Source: Sphyrna mokarran (Eukaryota). Taken from it: a stretch of 64,000 nt of DNA. The translations under genes and the position numbers were made by a program. Where the stretch lies: contig JAGIQG010000021.1 of assembly GCA_024679065.1 (NCBI GenBank), forward strand, positions 25,110,001-25,174,000, in the 5' to 3' direction. Positions 23,351 to 35,771 of the stretch are shown here, piece after piece. Numbering within the stretch: position 1 is the first letter of the stretch; each line of letters opens with the position of its first letter. Below the pieces are notes generated by a model. That model saw only the letters and a list, made by a program, of their open reading frames with translations. It had not been told where the DNA came from and did not search any database.

Positions 23351-24299
23351 AAACAATTTCTTGATTGCCAGTTTGAGCAAAATCCAGCACAATATTTTCC
23401 CATGTAAAGAAGTTATGGATTGGAAGAGTACAAAGGAACAATTCTGTGGTAGATGAGCATATAATTACAGTTGGTATAGGAATCATTTGAGTGTGAATGA
23501 ACACTGGTGATCATATCAAGATCCAAAAACTGGTGCAATTAATTCTTTAAAAGGTTATTTAACCATTCAAAATCAGTCATATTGAATTTGTTAAAAAATC
23601 CATTTTTTAAAAAAAAGAACAATACTATCCTTTTTGCAAGAATAACTAGAATCATTTTGAATTAATATTGAGGATGTAAGGTTGTGTTCCCTATTATTTG
23701 GAATTAACAACTTCTCCGGAGAAGAAGTTGCAACAAATTTACAACAGATTTGGTTGCAACAGGATATTTGAAACTGTGATCTTAAAGTGGCCAACACTTA
23801 ACCTTCAAATTGTTACTGGAGCTATCATTCTTTCTGCTGTTATTTTCGAACAATGCCGATGTACTTCAAGTAGCTGGAGGAGTCTTGCCAAGGCTTGACA
23901 GTCTGAATGTCATGCAAAGGTTAAATATTTAAAACATGTTTGTTGCAGTTTCAGAGAGTGCTTGTAGCTTATTGCTGTAGCCTGTAACTTAATCATCCTT
24001 TAAGGTCTCTTGAGAAATGTTCCATTTTCTATTTTTCAACCTTTAAAGACATTGACCTTTTAACAGGTGTAAGAATTATCACTGTGCCTGTCTGCTCACC
24101 AGACCCACTTGTCTTGTCGACTGCTTAATAAACAAAATCTATTCCTATTGACAGTAAGGTTTTGAAGTTTAAAGATCCAAACATAAAATTTGCATAGTGA
24201 AGATTAAAGAGATAAAATTGCTCAGAATTTGTAATGAAAGCTGACTATTCGAAACTGTTTATTTTCAAAACTGGATAGTGGTTACCTTTCGTGGTGCTA

Positions 24300-24520
24300 T
24301 TCGTTATTGGAACTGGTTTGTTTGGAAGTATAGCATGTGACGTATAAAGCTGGTGTCCCATTTTGAATGCTGACTAACCGGTTTTGGATTTGTATTTCAA
24401 AATGCCTACTTAAAGGTATTTTACGGTGAAGACGGCAGATCGGTGGTAGGGCGGGGGTGAGGGGAGGAGGTGGCTCAGTTGGCTCTCTGCCGGGAAGGGG
24501 GAGGGAGGAGTGAACAATGA
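24300..24520 (+). promoter_or_regulatory. Candidate alternative TATA promoter and short first exon
   Basis: TGACGT (24338-24343) overlaps TATAAA (24343-24348); a donor-like AAG|gtattt follows 24415; a GC box GGGCGGGG lies at 24449-24456 with local CpG and G-rich sequence. Confidence 0.35.
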
Positions 24521-24574
24521 GGTGGGAACTGAAGCATTGGTTTCATAGAAACACGGGAATTAGGAGCAGAAGTA

Positions 24575-25130
24575 TAAGACACTGTTGAGGCTGAATTTAG
24601 AGTATTGCGTGCAGTTTTGGTTACCCAATTACAGGAAGGATATTAATAAGGTTGAAAGAGTACAGAGAAAGTTTACAAGGATGTTGCTGGGACTTGAGAA
24701 ACTGAGTTACAGAGAAAGGTTGACTAGGTTCAGACTTTATTCCCTGGGGTGTTGAAGAATGAGGGGAGATTTGATAGAGGTGTATAAAATTATGATGGGA
24801 ATAGATAGAATGAATGCAAGTAGGCTTGTTCCACTGAGGCTATGGGAGAAAAACAACTAGAGGACATGGGTTAAGGGTGAAGGTGGGGAAAGTTTAAAGG
24901 GAATATTGGGGGGGAATGCTTCTTCACACAGCGTGGTGGGAGCATGGAATGAGTTTCCAGATGAAGTGGTGAATGCAGACTCATTTTTAACATTTAAGAA
25001 AAACTTGGACAAGTACACGGATGAGAGGGGTGTGGAGGGATATGTTCAGTGGGATGAGGCAGAAAAATGGTTTGGTACAGCTAAGAAGGGTCAAAAGGCC
25101 TGTTTCTGTGCTGTAATGTTCTATGGTTCT
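24575..25130 (+). mobile_element. CR1 3' fragment with short UTR
   Basis: tataagacactgttgaggc..gagtattgcgtgcagttttgg; VVGAWNEFPDEVVNA..FKKNLDKY; tail ggcctgtttctgtgctgtaatgttctatggttcta. Confidence 0.85.
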
Positions 25131-26349
25131 AAGGCTGCACCTTTCAAACTATTGAAAATGCCCTCATTACATTCATACTATCCTGTCACATTAAGGATTA
25201 CTTTCTCATCTGGTTACAAATTAACTTTGACAGCATCTCAAATCCTATTACACATCTATATTAAGGAGTAAGGGACAAGTAGAAATGCCAACTAAATGAC
25301 TGGAGCTACACCTCCACTGGGATAACCTAGTATTTTCAAACACACCCCTAATCACATGTTTTTATTTTGGTTGAGCTATAAGATTTAGAAATCTGTCAGT
25401 GAGATTAAATTATTCTTTGGTTGCAAATCGTTTTGGTTCAATTATCTTAACGACTGCTCCCTAACATTAATTTTGTCGCAGTTGATACTATTATTTTAAA
25501 TGTATTATTGAATACCTGTTGTAAACAATGTCAATGTTCAATTAGTATACCTTGATTCTACAACTGAAACTCTTGAGTTAGCGAACTCGTATGGCACTGC
25601 ACCTGTTGATTCAAGATGTCAGGAAGTTTTAGTGTTCCTTAAACATTAACCTGCACATTTTGTTGATTGAACAAGGACAGATAGATCAGATTTTCTAACT
25701 ACTGATGCTGAAACCACAGTAGTGGAGGAAGGCTGTTAATAGCCAGCATTAGAATAATTAGTATGATAATTAAGTTGCTATTAATCTCCAATAAAACAAT
25801 TGATTTAATAACCACATGGTATCATAGTTAATCTTAACCAAACAATGTTCCAGGGCTTTAAACATTACTTTTTGCTAATTAAAAACATGTCATATTATTA
25901 ACTAGTACTATAAATTATGATTGCGAAGATCCATAATAAACTTAGTAAATAAGACTTTATTTATTGGTACTGAAGAAGACTTCTTCACTGTGCCAGAAAA
26001 TTATCTTCTGTCCCAATCAAACATACGAAGGGTAATATGTGTAAAAACAGGGAGATATGGTTTTATTCCCATTTGTCTTCCACATGAGTTTCTGGTCTTA
26101 GCTGTGTCGCCATGAATGACGCCGCAGGGAAATTTACCAAAAAAATGATCCCACTTTTATCATATTCTGGCTTATAAGTGAGAGAGATGGAATCCCTGAC
26201 AACAATAATCCCATCCACTATCTTGGTCAATCGTGGGATGCAGAGTTTAACAATAGATTCTGAAAAACCATGATCCATATTTCTTCTCAGAAATGTAGGC
26301 AGTGTGGATCCAGGAAGTCATCATAGCTGCTTTTTGAATAGTAGTACCT

Positions 26350-26636
26350 GGAATTCCTACAATGCCGAAAGAGGCCATTTGGCCCATCGAGCCTGCACCT
26401 ACAACGATCCTACCCAGATCCTATTCCTCCTCCCCCCATCCCTGTAATCCCAAGTATTTTTCTTGCTTGTCACCCTGCCAGTACAATGCAATTTAACATG
26501 GTCAATCAACCTAACCTGCATATCTTTGCAGTGTGGGAGGAAGCCAGACACGAGAATTTGACAGTGACCCAAGGCTGGAATTGAACCCAGATCCCTGGTG
26601 CTGAGAAAGCAGTGCTAACCATAGGCCACCATGTTT
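26350..26636 (-). mobile_element. HE1-type V-SINE
   Basis: ggccatttggcccatcgag..tgtgggaggaagccaga..ggaattgaacccag..cagtgctaacca. Confidence 0.8.
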
Positions 26637-27351
26637 CCTAATGACATTTCTGCTGTCAGATGCAATGTGAACATAAATAGTGTGCAAGCACCTGCTGTTC
26701 ATTAACCTATGGATTTGGTTGAACCCTGTGATGGTGAGGCTTCCTCCTGCTTAACTTTTAAAAGTCTTTTGCAGATACTATCATCTCCCTCTCAAGAAAG
26801 CTTGTGAGCAGACCAGCTTTCAGAGCTTTTACTTCTCAACCATTTAAATGGATGCATGCTTTAGGTGAACCTGAAGTTTGTTGTAGGTACAAGTTTCATT
26901 TAAGTTTCTTCTTCATTGAGGGCCACACCATTTTACTATGGGATTCATTTGTCTTTTTGTTTCAGATTGGCTGTGACAGAATATAGTAGACTGCTAACTG
27001 GGTATGTGATTTGTGGTCTGACTTTTGAGCCCGTGTCTCCCCGCACTCCTCTCCACTCCCATCCCCTCTCCCTAGCTGTTAACATTGCTATGCAACATCA
27101 GCCCAATTTGGGAAGTGCTGCACATGAATTTCTATCCACTGGGGGCAAAAAGCGATGGAGACTGTGGGTAGATTTTTCAATCCTGCCTCCCAGGGAAATT
27201 GTCATGAGCTGAAGAGTAAATTTGGTGGATCATTTACAAAAGCATTGACCTTGGGCAAGATTTTCCAGTCTTGGGGCAGGCACAACTGGAAAATTCCCCC
27301 TACCCTGTCTGTGATTTCCAGGTAAATGGTGCTGGTTGGCAAGGCTGCATA

Positions 27352-27622
27352 CCAGGAGAACACATAGGGTTCGTGGTGGCAGATATAGGAGGGATATCTG
27401 AGGTAGACTCTTTACTCAGAGAGTGGTTGGGGTGTGGAATAGACTGCCTGCTGTGATAGTGGAATGGAACACTTTAGGAACTTTCAAGTGGTTATTGGAT
27501 AGGAACATGGAGCACTCCAGAATTATAGGGAGGGGATAGCTTGATCTTGGGATTGGACATAGCTCGGCACAACATTGAGGGCCGAAGACCCTGTACTGTG
27601 CTGTAATGTTCTATGTTTCTAT
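27352..27622 (+). mobile_element. CR1 3' terminus
   Basis: tttactcagagagtggttggggtgtggaatagactg..gggccgaagaccctgtactgtgctgtaatgttctatgtttctatg. Confidence 0.8.
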
Positions 27623-29667
27623 GTAACATATGGAAAATCATGAAGTGTTGTAACCGTTTGTAAAATTTGTGATTTATTTTTCCATTTTCATTAAGTAAAA
27701 AGCAGAGGTACCTGCTGGAGCTACATAAATCATCTGGATGCATCTTATTTTGGTGTTCTATGATGTTTTGTATTCCAAAGTATCAGCAAGGCTTAAGCAT
27801 CACAGAAACACCAATCCCGTTACTAAAAATTGTACCAAGTTAACAGCAGCATTGAATTTAGTCATAAACTTAAAACCTCATACAGTTTACCTTCTGCATC
27901 ACATAAACAACACACAGATACAGACATACACACACACAGTTGGCTTACATTAAGATTTAAATTGATAAGAGGTTGACAATGGAAAGATCTATTGAACAAA
28001 TTTACCTATAAATACATAGTGACTGTACACTCATGCCTTTAAAAACATGCTTCTAGAAAGGAAAAGAAGTGTTCAGTATCTGACAGCTTGGCAGCATGAG
28101 CCACCTGTCACTCATGGGTCACACTATACCTCCTTAGATTCTGCAAGAATTTCACACTTGGAATACCCTATACAGTAGGAAATGTCATGCTTTTTAAAGA
28201 ATCATGTATTTTCAGGATGGAAACACTGGCCAACACTGTAGATTGTGCTGGACCCAAGTTCCAAACTGAATAGAGTGAAGCTGGAATTCAGGATGGTGAC
28301 AGGGATGACTTTACAATTATGTATTACTTTTCATGCTGGCTTGCTTTTTCAAACTGCAACCTTGCAAAAGCTATATCATCATTCAGAAGTTTTTGTTCTC
28401 ATCCAGTTTTCAATATTTTTCTTCTTTAGGATCTCCCTTTTTGCTCTTCAATGTAATTCTCGTGATTTTGGAAATAGGCGGAATAATTGGGCAGTTTATA
28501 ATGTGGAAGGCTTTGGTATTGTTGTATATTGGACAAAACATTTGAATTTTACAAGCAGTGTCAAATTTATTGGGAACTCATTCATAGCTGGTAAACAGAG
28601 CTCTGCTCATTTATTTATGTTTGAATGTTCTCTGTCTTCAGAAAGTGCACAATATGACTTGGTCCACTTTTAAAAATAAGCTCAATACATCACTATTTGG
28701 TAATTATAGCCTAGTTCATTGTATGCAAATAATGCTATAGCAGATTCAGTATTGGTTCTAACTGTGCAGAAAAGTAACTTCTGGAGCACCTTTCTCTGAA
28801 GCAAGTCACGCCAATGAATTAAATGCTGAAGAGTAATTACATTGTAATGTAAGCAAACTTCATTTACACAGCCTGGTTCAGTATGGACTTTACCTATCCA
28901 GGAGAATATGCTCACATGCATGTACTGCGCTTTCTTCCTCACTGTTAAGTCTTACGACCTGGGTGCACCCTTGAAATTGCACATGAAATTGGAACTGCAA
29001 AGAACTAAATAATACATTTTAGCAAAGCCATTCCTGCCACCATCCTAAATTCCAGTTTTATGCAATCCTGTTTTTAACTCTGATTTGCAGTGTTTTATTC
29101 TGTACTCATTCTGCCAATATCAAGTTTACCCAAGTATCCTTCTGAAACAATTAGAATATGCCTAAATTTAAAATGGACATAAGTCATTATAAATGTTTGG
29201 TCGAAGAAAGTGGCAAAGCCACACCAGTTCAAGAACCTGTATTTAGGGAAGCTCTTTAGTTATTAATACAACTTACCTTTTAACAGTAAAAAGTCTACTA
29301 AAAGCAACAAAAAATAGAGTAGAGCACAGCAAGAAATCGTTCAGCTCATTGTCTACTTAGGCTCTGAGGACCTGCCTATTCTAATCCCATTTTCCAGCAC
29401 TTGGCCTGTAGCCTTGTGTACTATGGCTTTTCAAATGCTCATTTAAATGTTGAGGGTTTCTGCCTCAACTACCTTTCTCAGGCAGTGATCGCCAGATTCC
29501 CACTACCCTTTGGGTGAAAATGTTTTTCCTCAAATGCCCTCTGAACCTCCGCCCATGATCTTCAGTCTATGCTCCTGGTTATTGAAAGCTTCTTTCTATT
29601 TATGTCACCCATTATTACACTTCAATCAGGTGTTGCAAACCATCCCCCCCGCCCCCGCCCCCGCCCC

Positions 29668-30448
29668 CGGCACTTTGGAAGGAGGAATGGAGACATAGAC
29701 TATTTTCTAAATAGAAAAATGTTTAGAAAATCAGAAACACAAAGAGACTTGAGATTCATTGTTCAAGATTCTCTTAAGATGAACATGCACATTCAGTTGA
29801 CAGTTAGGAAGGCAAATGCAATGTTAGCATTCATGTTGAGAGGGCTAGAATACAAGAGCAGGGATGTATTTTTGAAGCTGTATAAGAGTCTGGTCAGACT
29901 CCATTTGGAGTATTGTAAGCAGTTTTGGGCCCATTATCTAAGGAAGCATGTGCTGTCTTGGAAAAAGTCCAGAGGAGGTTCGTAAGAATGATCCATGGAA
30001 TGAAGAGCTTACCATATGAGGAATAGTTGAGGACTCTGGTCTGTACTCAGAGTTTAGAAGAATGAGGGGGGGATTTTATTGAAAATTACAGGATACTGTG
30101 AGGCCTGGATAGAGTGGATGTGGAGAGGATGTTTCCAGTAGTAGGAAAAACTATAACCAGAGGGCACAACTTCAGGCTAAACAGACAATCCTTTAAAATA
30201 GAGATGAGGAGGAATTTTGTCAGCCAGAGATTGGTGAATCTATGGAATTCTTTGTCCCAGAAGGCTGTGGCAGCCAAGTTGTTGAGTATCTTTAAGATAG
30301 AGATAGATAGGTTCTTGATTAATAAGAGATCAGGGGTTATGGGGAAAAGACAGAAGAATGGGAATGAGAAAAATATCGGCGATGATTAAATAGCGGAGCA
30401 GACTTGATTGGCCAAGTGGCCTAATTCTGCTCTTGTGTCTTATGGTTT
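29668..30448 (+). mobile_element. CR1 3' fragment (a small minus-strand CR1 tail lies at about 29325-29600)
   Basis: ETQRDL..RKANAMLAF..LYKSLVRLHLEYC and TRGHNFR..RRNFVSQRLVNLWNSL. Confidence 0.88.
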
Positions 30449-30927
30449 GAGAGTTTGAGGTGTTGCCAGCTTTGTAGGCAGAGTTGGACAGGAGGTTTGA
30501 AGGACAGGTGCAAAAGATTGAGGAGATTATGTGCATAAATTGCTTCCAATCTAAATCCTGCAATCTTTCAAGCCAGATAATTGGTTTGTGCCCAGATTAA
30601 GTGTGTCTCTTTCACATATGAAAACAAACTCCGGAACAAGATATTGCAAGAGCCTCAGTGTGGCAACAGTTAGCGAATAATTGAGTAACTCCAGTCACAT
30701 TTAAAAAGTCATGATAAGATATGAATTTGCACTTAAATCAGATTTTACTCCACTGGAGTTTATGCTGTAATTTAAATGCTTTGCAATGATGCTAATGCTG
30801 CACAATAGCATCTGCTCTTTTATTTCAGGAACTATATGTAATTGATATTCCTTACCTAAGTTCTATTTTATAAGTAGGAATGAAATAAAAGACTTAAATG
30901 AGTTCAAAAAGTACATTGCTGAGCAAA

Positions 30928-31338
30928 AAACATAGAAAATAGGTGCAGGAGTAAGCCACCATTCAATGTGATCATGGCTGATCATGCACTTTCAGTCTCC
31001 CACTCCCACTTTCTCTCGATACCCCTTGATCCCCTTATCTGCAAGGGTCATGTCCTGCTCCTTTTTTAATACATCAAATGAACTGGTCCCAACAACTTCC
31101 TGTGATAGAGGATGCCACAGGTTCACAACTTTCTGAGTGAAGAAATTCTTCCTCATCTCAGTCCTGAATGGCGTATCCTTATTCTTAGATTGTGAGTCCC
31201 TAGTTCTGGACTTCCCCAACATCAAGAAGATTCTTCCTGCATCTAACCTGTCCAGTCCCATCAGGATTTTACATGTTTTTATGAAACCCCCTCTCATTCT
31301 TCTAAGTTCCAGTGAGTACAAGCCCTGTCGATTCAGCC
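30928..31338 (-). mobile_element. CR1 3' fragment
   Basis: YSLELRRMRG..FRTEMRKNFFTQKVVNLW. Confidence 0.85.
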
Positions 31339-32106
31339 TTCAAAAATTGAGTTCCCTGCTATTAATGTAAACTAGAGTTGCTTGCTAAGACTCACTGGTT
31401 TTATGCATTCCTGTAAGTGGTATTGGATCATACCGTATTTGTGAAGAAGCTGGCAAATCAGTTTGATAGAACAGTTTTGTCATGGTTGTGACCATCTGTT
31501 TATTTTTTAGTTTAGTTGGTGGTAGTTCAAATTTACCAAACATAACTGAAAATTTCCATGTTGCAAAACACCCAAAAGGCCAGTTGATACACTAAACGCC
31601 ATCCTGAGTCCAACACTTCAACTATCCTAACATGCATGGTACAACAACCCCATTTTCCCTGACTTCAGGGCTGTTTAATTCAGTATGGCCTACCATTCAT
31701 TATTTACGCATAGTATTGTTAAGGTTATAGTGTAACCTGACATTGGTGCTTCATGTATAAAACCATATCTAAAGACTATAACAACTATTCCATGAAGTGT
31801 AGATAACTAATACATAAATTTAATACTGTTCACAAAGCAGTGTGGAGTGTCTGTCAGAAATCTCCTTTGATAGACAAGAGGGAGCAGTTTTTAGCAAGTT
31901 ATCAGTGACTAAGAATAGGAACCAGTTTTGCATCCCAATATAGGTCTGACCTCTTGCTATTGTAGATAAGAATACATCTCTAACAACTCAAAGTGCATGA
32001 CTGTACATTTGAGTTAAATCACTCCTCAAAACACATCACAGTACCAGAATAATTAGTATACCATATAAATAGGTGCGGCAATTTCCATGAGACAAGGGGT
32101 TATTTT

Positions 32107-32422
32107 CATAGAATAGAATCATTATAATGCAAAAAAAAAGCCATTCGGCCCATCGAGTCTGCACTAACCACAATCCCACCCAGGCCTTATCCCCATAACC
32201 CTGTGCATTTAGCCTGGCTAGTCCCCCTGACACTTAAGGATCGATTTAGCATGTCCAATCTACCTAATCTGCACACCTTTGTACTGTGGGAAGAAACCAG
32301 AGCACTTGGAAGAAATCAGATATGGGGAGAATGTGCAAACGGCACACAGCCAATAATACAAGCCGGAATCGAACCTGGGACCCCGGCGCTGTGAGGCAGC
32401 AGTGCTAACCACTCTGTCATCC
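32107..32422 (-). mobile_element. HE1-type V-SINE
   Basis: catagaatagaatc..gccattcggcccatcgagtctgcact..ggaatcgaacctgggaccccggcgctgtgaggcagcagtgctaacc. Confidence 0.85.
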
Positions 32423-32807
32423 CTAGGCTGGTTTCATTACTAGTTCATTCAAGTTCCCTCCTACCTGGAGAATTATATTCCAGCCATGTTTATATTCAGA
32501 AAAACTGTATGTTCCTCATCACTACTGAATTACAATGCCCCCTCGTGCCAGGGTGAGGTGCAGTGAACTGCCCAACCTTGATGCACTCGAAACTGCACTC
32601 CCCTGAGAGGGGAATGATTCATCTGTGTTTGATTTGTGATTAGTGTATAGTGGCAAGTCATTCTGTTCCTTAAATGAGGATAGAAAACTGACAGCACTTA
32701 GCCTAATGACTTGCACAGTTATCACTGTCTTTGACTTTTACTAGGAGATAAGTTGCACTTATGAGAAATGATCATAACCTTTATGATCAGCATAGATTAA
32801 AAAAAAA

Positions 32808-33175
32808 CAGGGAGATTATGTTGGAACTGGACAAAACTTTGGGTAGGTCAGAACTGAAATACTGTCACCTCATTATCGAAAGAATGTGATTGCACTGGAG
32901 AGGGTGCAATCACCAGGAGATTCACCAGGATGTTGCCTAGGATGGAGCATTTGAGCAATGAAGATAGGCTGGATAGGCTTGGGCTGTTTGGTTTTTGAGG
33001 TTTAGAAGATTATGAAGGGTATAGACAGGGTGGATAGGAAGCAGTTATTCCCCTTGATTGAAGGGTCAATAACTAGGGGGCATAATTTTAAGGTGAGGGG
33101 CAGGAAGTTTATAGAAGGTTTGGGGAAAACATTTTTCACCCAGAGGATGGTAAGAATCTCGTCCACTGCCTGGGA
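32808..33175 (+). mobile_element. CR1 fragment
   Basis: MKGIDRVDRKQLFPLIEGSITRGHNFKVRG..FFTQRMV. Confidence 0.8.
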
Positions 33176-35016
33176 GTATAGTATGTACTGTACTGTATGA
33201 TTATCTCTGTGACAAGTGAACGTTTCCTTTTTTTCGTTCTCAGTTAGACAAACTATGTAGAAGATAGAAGTTGCACTAAGAGAAATGATGGATTTATTGA
33301 CGGAAGCTACTACATCCGTATTATTTTCTGGTATCAAAACTTTTGGTACCGATAGCCAGTTTTATGACATCTTACTCCTGCATAAAGCTTGGATTCATTC
33401 ATTATTTTAACTTTACTGAACAATTTTCTCATAAGTTAAACTCAACCTTTTAAAATAAAAGCTTGTTTTCTAAGTTGGCAGCCACAAATGACAGAGTTTA
33501 GCCTCAACAATTCACCATGAGTGATACTTTTTGAATTACAGACATAAAAATGATCATATGAGATGCGCATTTACTGATGTTTGTGCATAAGCTTTCTTTT
33601 TATCTGAAGCAAATTACATATGGCCCCTCTTGCTAAATCCAAATCTCTTACAATTCAGAAAAAGTGAAATGTTTGGAAAACAGTTTTTTTTAATGTTCAT
33701 GTTGGAGAAGATGGTTGATTTCCAGTGACAAAATCTGAAAAATACCCAAAGTTAGTGTAGAGCCTGAAGTTGATTTATGCTTGAAAATTGTCCTATGAAG
33801 CAAGACTTTGCAAAGTCCTACAGCAGATCCAGATACAAATGTAATGACTCGAGCAGTAATGCAAAAGAGGTTTACTTGCTTTATATTCTTAACAAATGAC
33901 GAGATGTAAATGTCTCCACTTGGGATACATCTCCCCTCATACCTTTAAGCTTTTCCGTCTGACTTTTGACATACAACAAGTGCAAACTTCTGAAAGGGCT
34001 TGGGAGAATTAAATAATAATAAAGATTTTTTACATTGGCTGGTGAATTGGCAGTAAGGGGGCAAACACATGACTTGTTACTGAAGCATATGAATTAGAAA
34101 ACATAGTTTCACGAAATGATTACATTAGTGTATGAAATACTGCAGATTATGTTCAGTTAATCACAATATTGAGAAAGGGAATAAGAGCAAAAGGGGTATT
34201 TGGGCCAACGTGCATACTTAATTAGATCATAAATTTAAAATACACATTCTGATTTTTTTTTCTTTCGTCATTTTAAATTCACATTTATTGGAGAAACAAC
34301 CTCTATAAAGGTTGTAATTACACTCTTTAGCTAGCTAGAGAACTGTTAAATGTGATATTTACATGGACAGTTTCCATTATAAATGTATTCAGTGACTTAT
34401 AGTGGAAACATTTGATAGGGAGTATGTGCAGATGTGAGATATATATTTGATGTAAATATAGAGAAAATTAGTAATATGAGGAAGGGGGAAATTTTCTGTC
34501 ATAACTGATGGGGTATTAGTCCCTCACACTTTGGGATTAAGCGCCATGCCAACAGGAAAATAGGAGTGTTTCCCGCTGATGCTAGCAGCGTCTGTCAGAT
34601 GGGATTCACAGTGAAAAAGGCTATTAAGCTCATTATGAGCAACCTGCTAGCCAGACCTGCTATTCAAAAAGGAAGTAGATATAGCTTTTAGAGATCAAGG
34701 GATATGGGGGGATCTCTCCCATTCTGGTCAGCCAATTTTTCCAGAAAGTCTTGAAAACCTCTACTAAAGTTAATTCTAGAGAGGCATGAGACATTGCAAT
34801 AAATATCATCGATGTGTCAATATCAGTCTTCTTTCCAGATTACCTGCATGGCAGGAATAATTCCCAACTTTGAACTGTGATCATTTATCTGGTATTGTGG
34901 AATTTTTATGCTTTCTTAAAAAAAGAAATCTCAGCTTATGTGATAATTTTAAATGTGTTAATATCCCTGCTAACTATGCCATATTTAATTCTGCTTTTCA
35001 GGTCATAAGCTGAACC

Positions 35017-35239
35017 ATGGGAGTTGTCGTTACCGACGATGGACCACCAGGCACAAAAGCCCCTGATGGAGGCTGGGCTTGGGCCATCCTAATTGGATGT
35101 TTCGTTATCACTGGATTCTCATATGCTTTTCCAAAAGCTGTGAGTGTCTTCTTCAAGGAATTGATTAAAGAGTTTCACATTGGGTACAGTGATACTGCTT
35201 GGATTTCTTCTATTCTGCTTGCCATGTTATATGGAACAG
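35017..35239 (+). CDS. SLC16A3: Monocarboxylate transporter 4, first coding exon (223 coding nt; exon begins at 35002)
   Basis: Translates [74 protein letters not shown], matching the MCT4 N-terminus. Acceptor ttctgcttttcag ends at 35001, the Kozak context is gaaccATGG, and the donor is ACAG|gtaag (phase 1). Confidence 0.96.
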
Positions 35240-35771
35240 GTAAGCATTTAGTGAATCAATAACACTTGGCTAGTTTTTTTGTTTCCAAACTTCATTTTTG
35301 CATTGTATTTCTATTTAATTACTTCTGTCACTGTGCACAGACTGACAGCTGGTCAGTTACTATGTTCCACAATGTGCTTTTTATTCTTGAAGAGCAGCAT
35401 CCACAATGCTATCATGCTTCCAAAAGGAGACACACTGGCATTCAGGATTTATGTAATCAGGTTTCTTTGCAGTGAAACAGACATTCCATTTATAGTCTAA
35501 CGTTTGATTTTATAGAATTTACTGATTTGTAACAATGTCAAATTCCATTAATTTATGTATTGTACAGTTGAATGGAATTATATAAGTTACCTTGAAGAAA
35601 CTGGTTCTGTTATTTGGGAATGGACCCACAGCATCTTTTGCCCCTTTACTGCTGTAGCTGCTTTTCACACTGAGCTTTATGATGTGTTTTGATAAGTAGG
35701 GGCTGATGAAAAATGATCTGGAGCAAAAGCCATGGCCACCCTTGACCCAAGGCCCTGGTAGTCTTTGTAAT

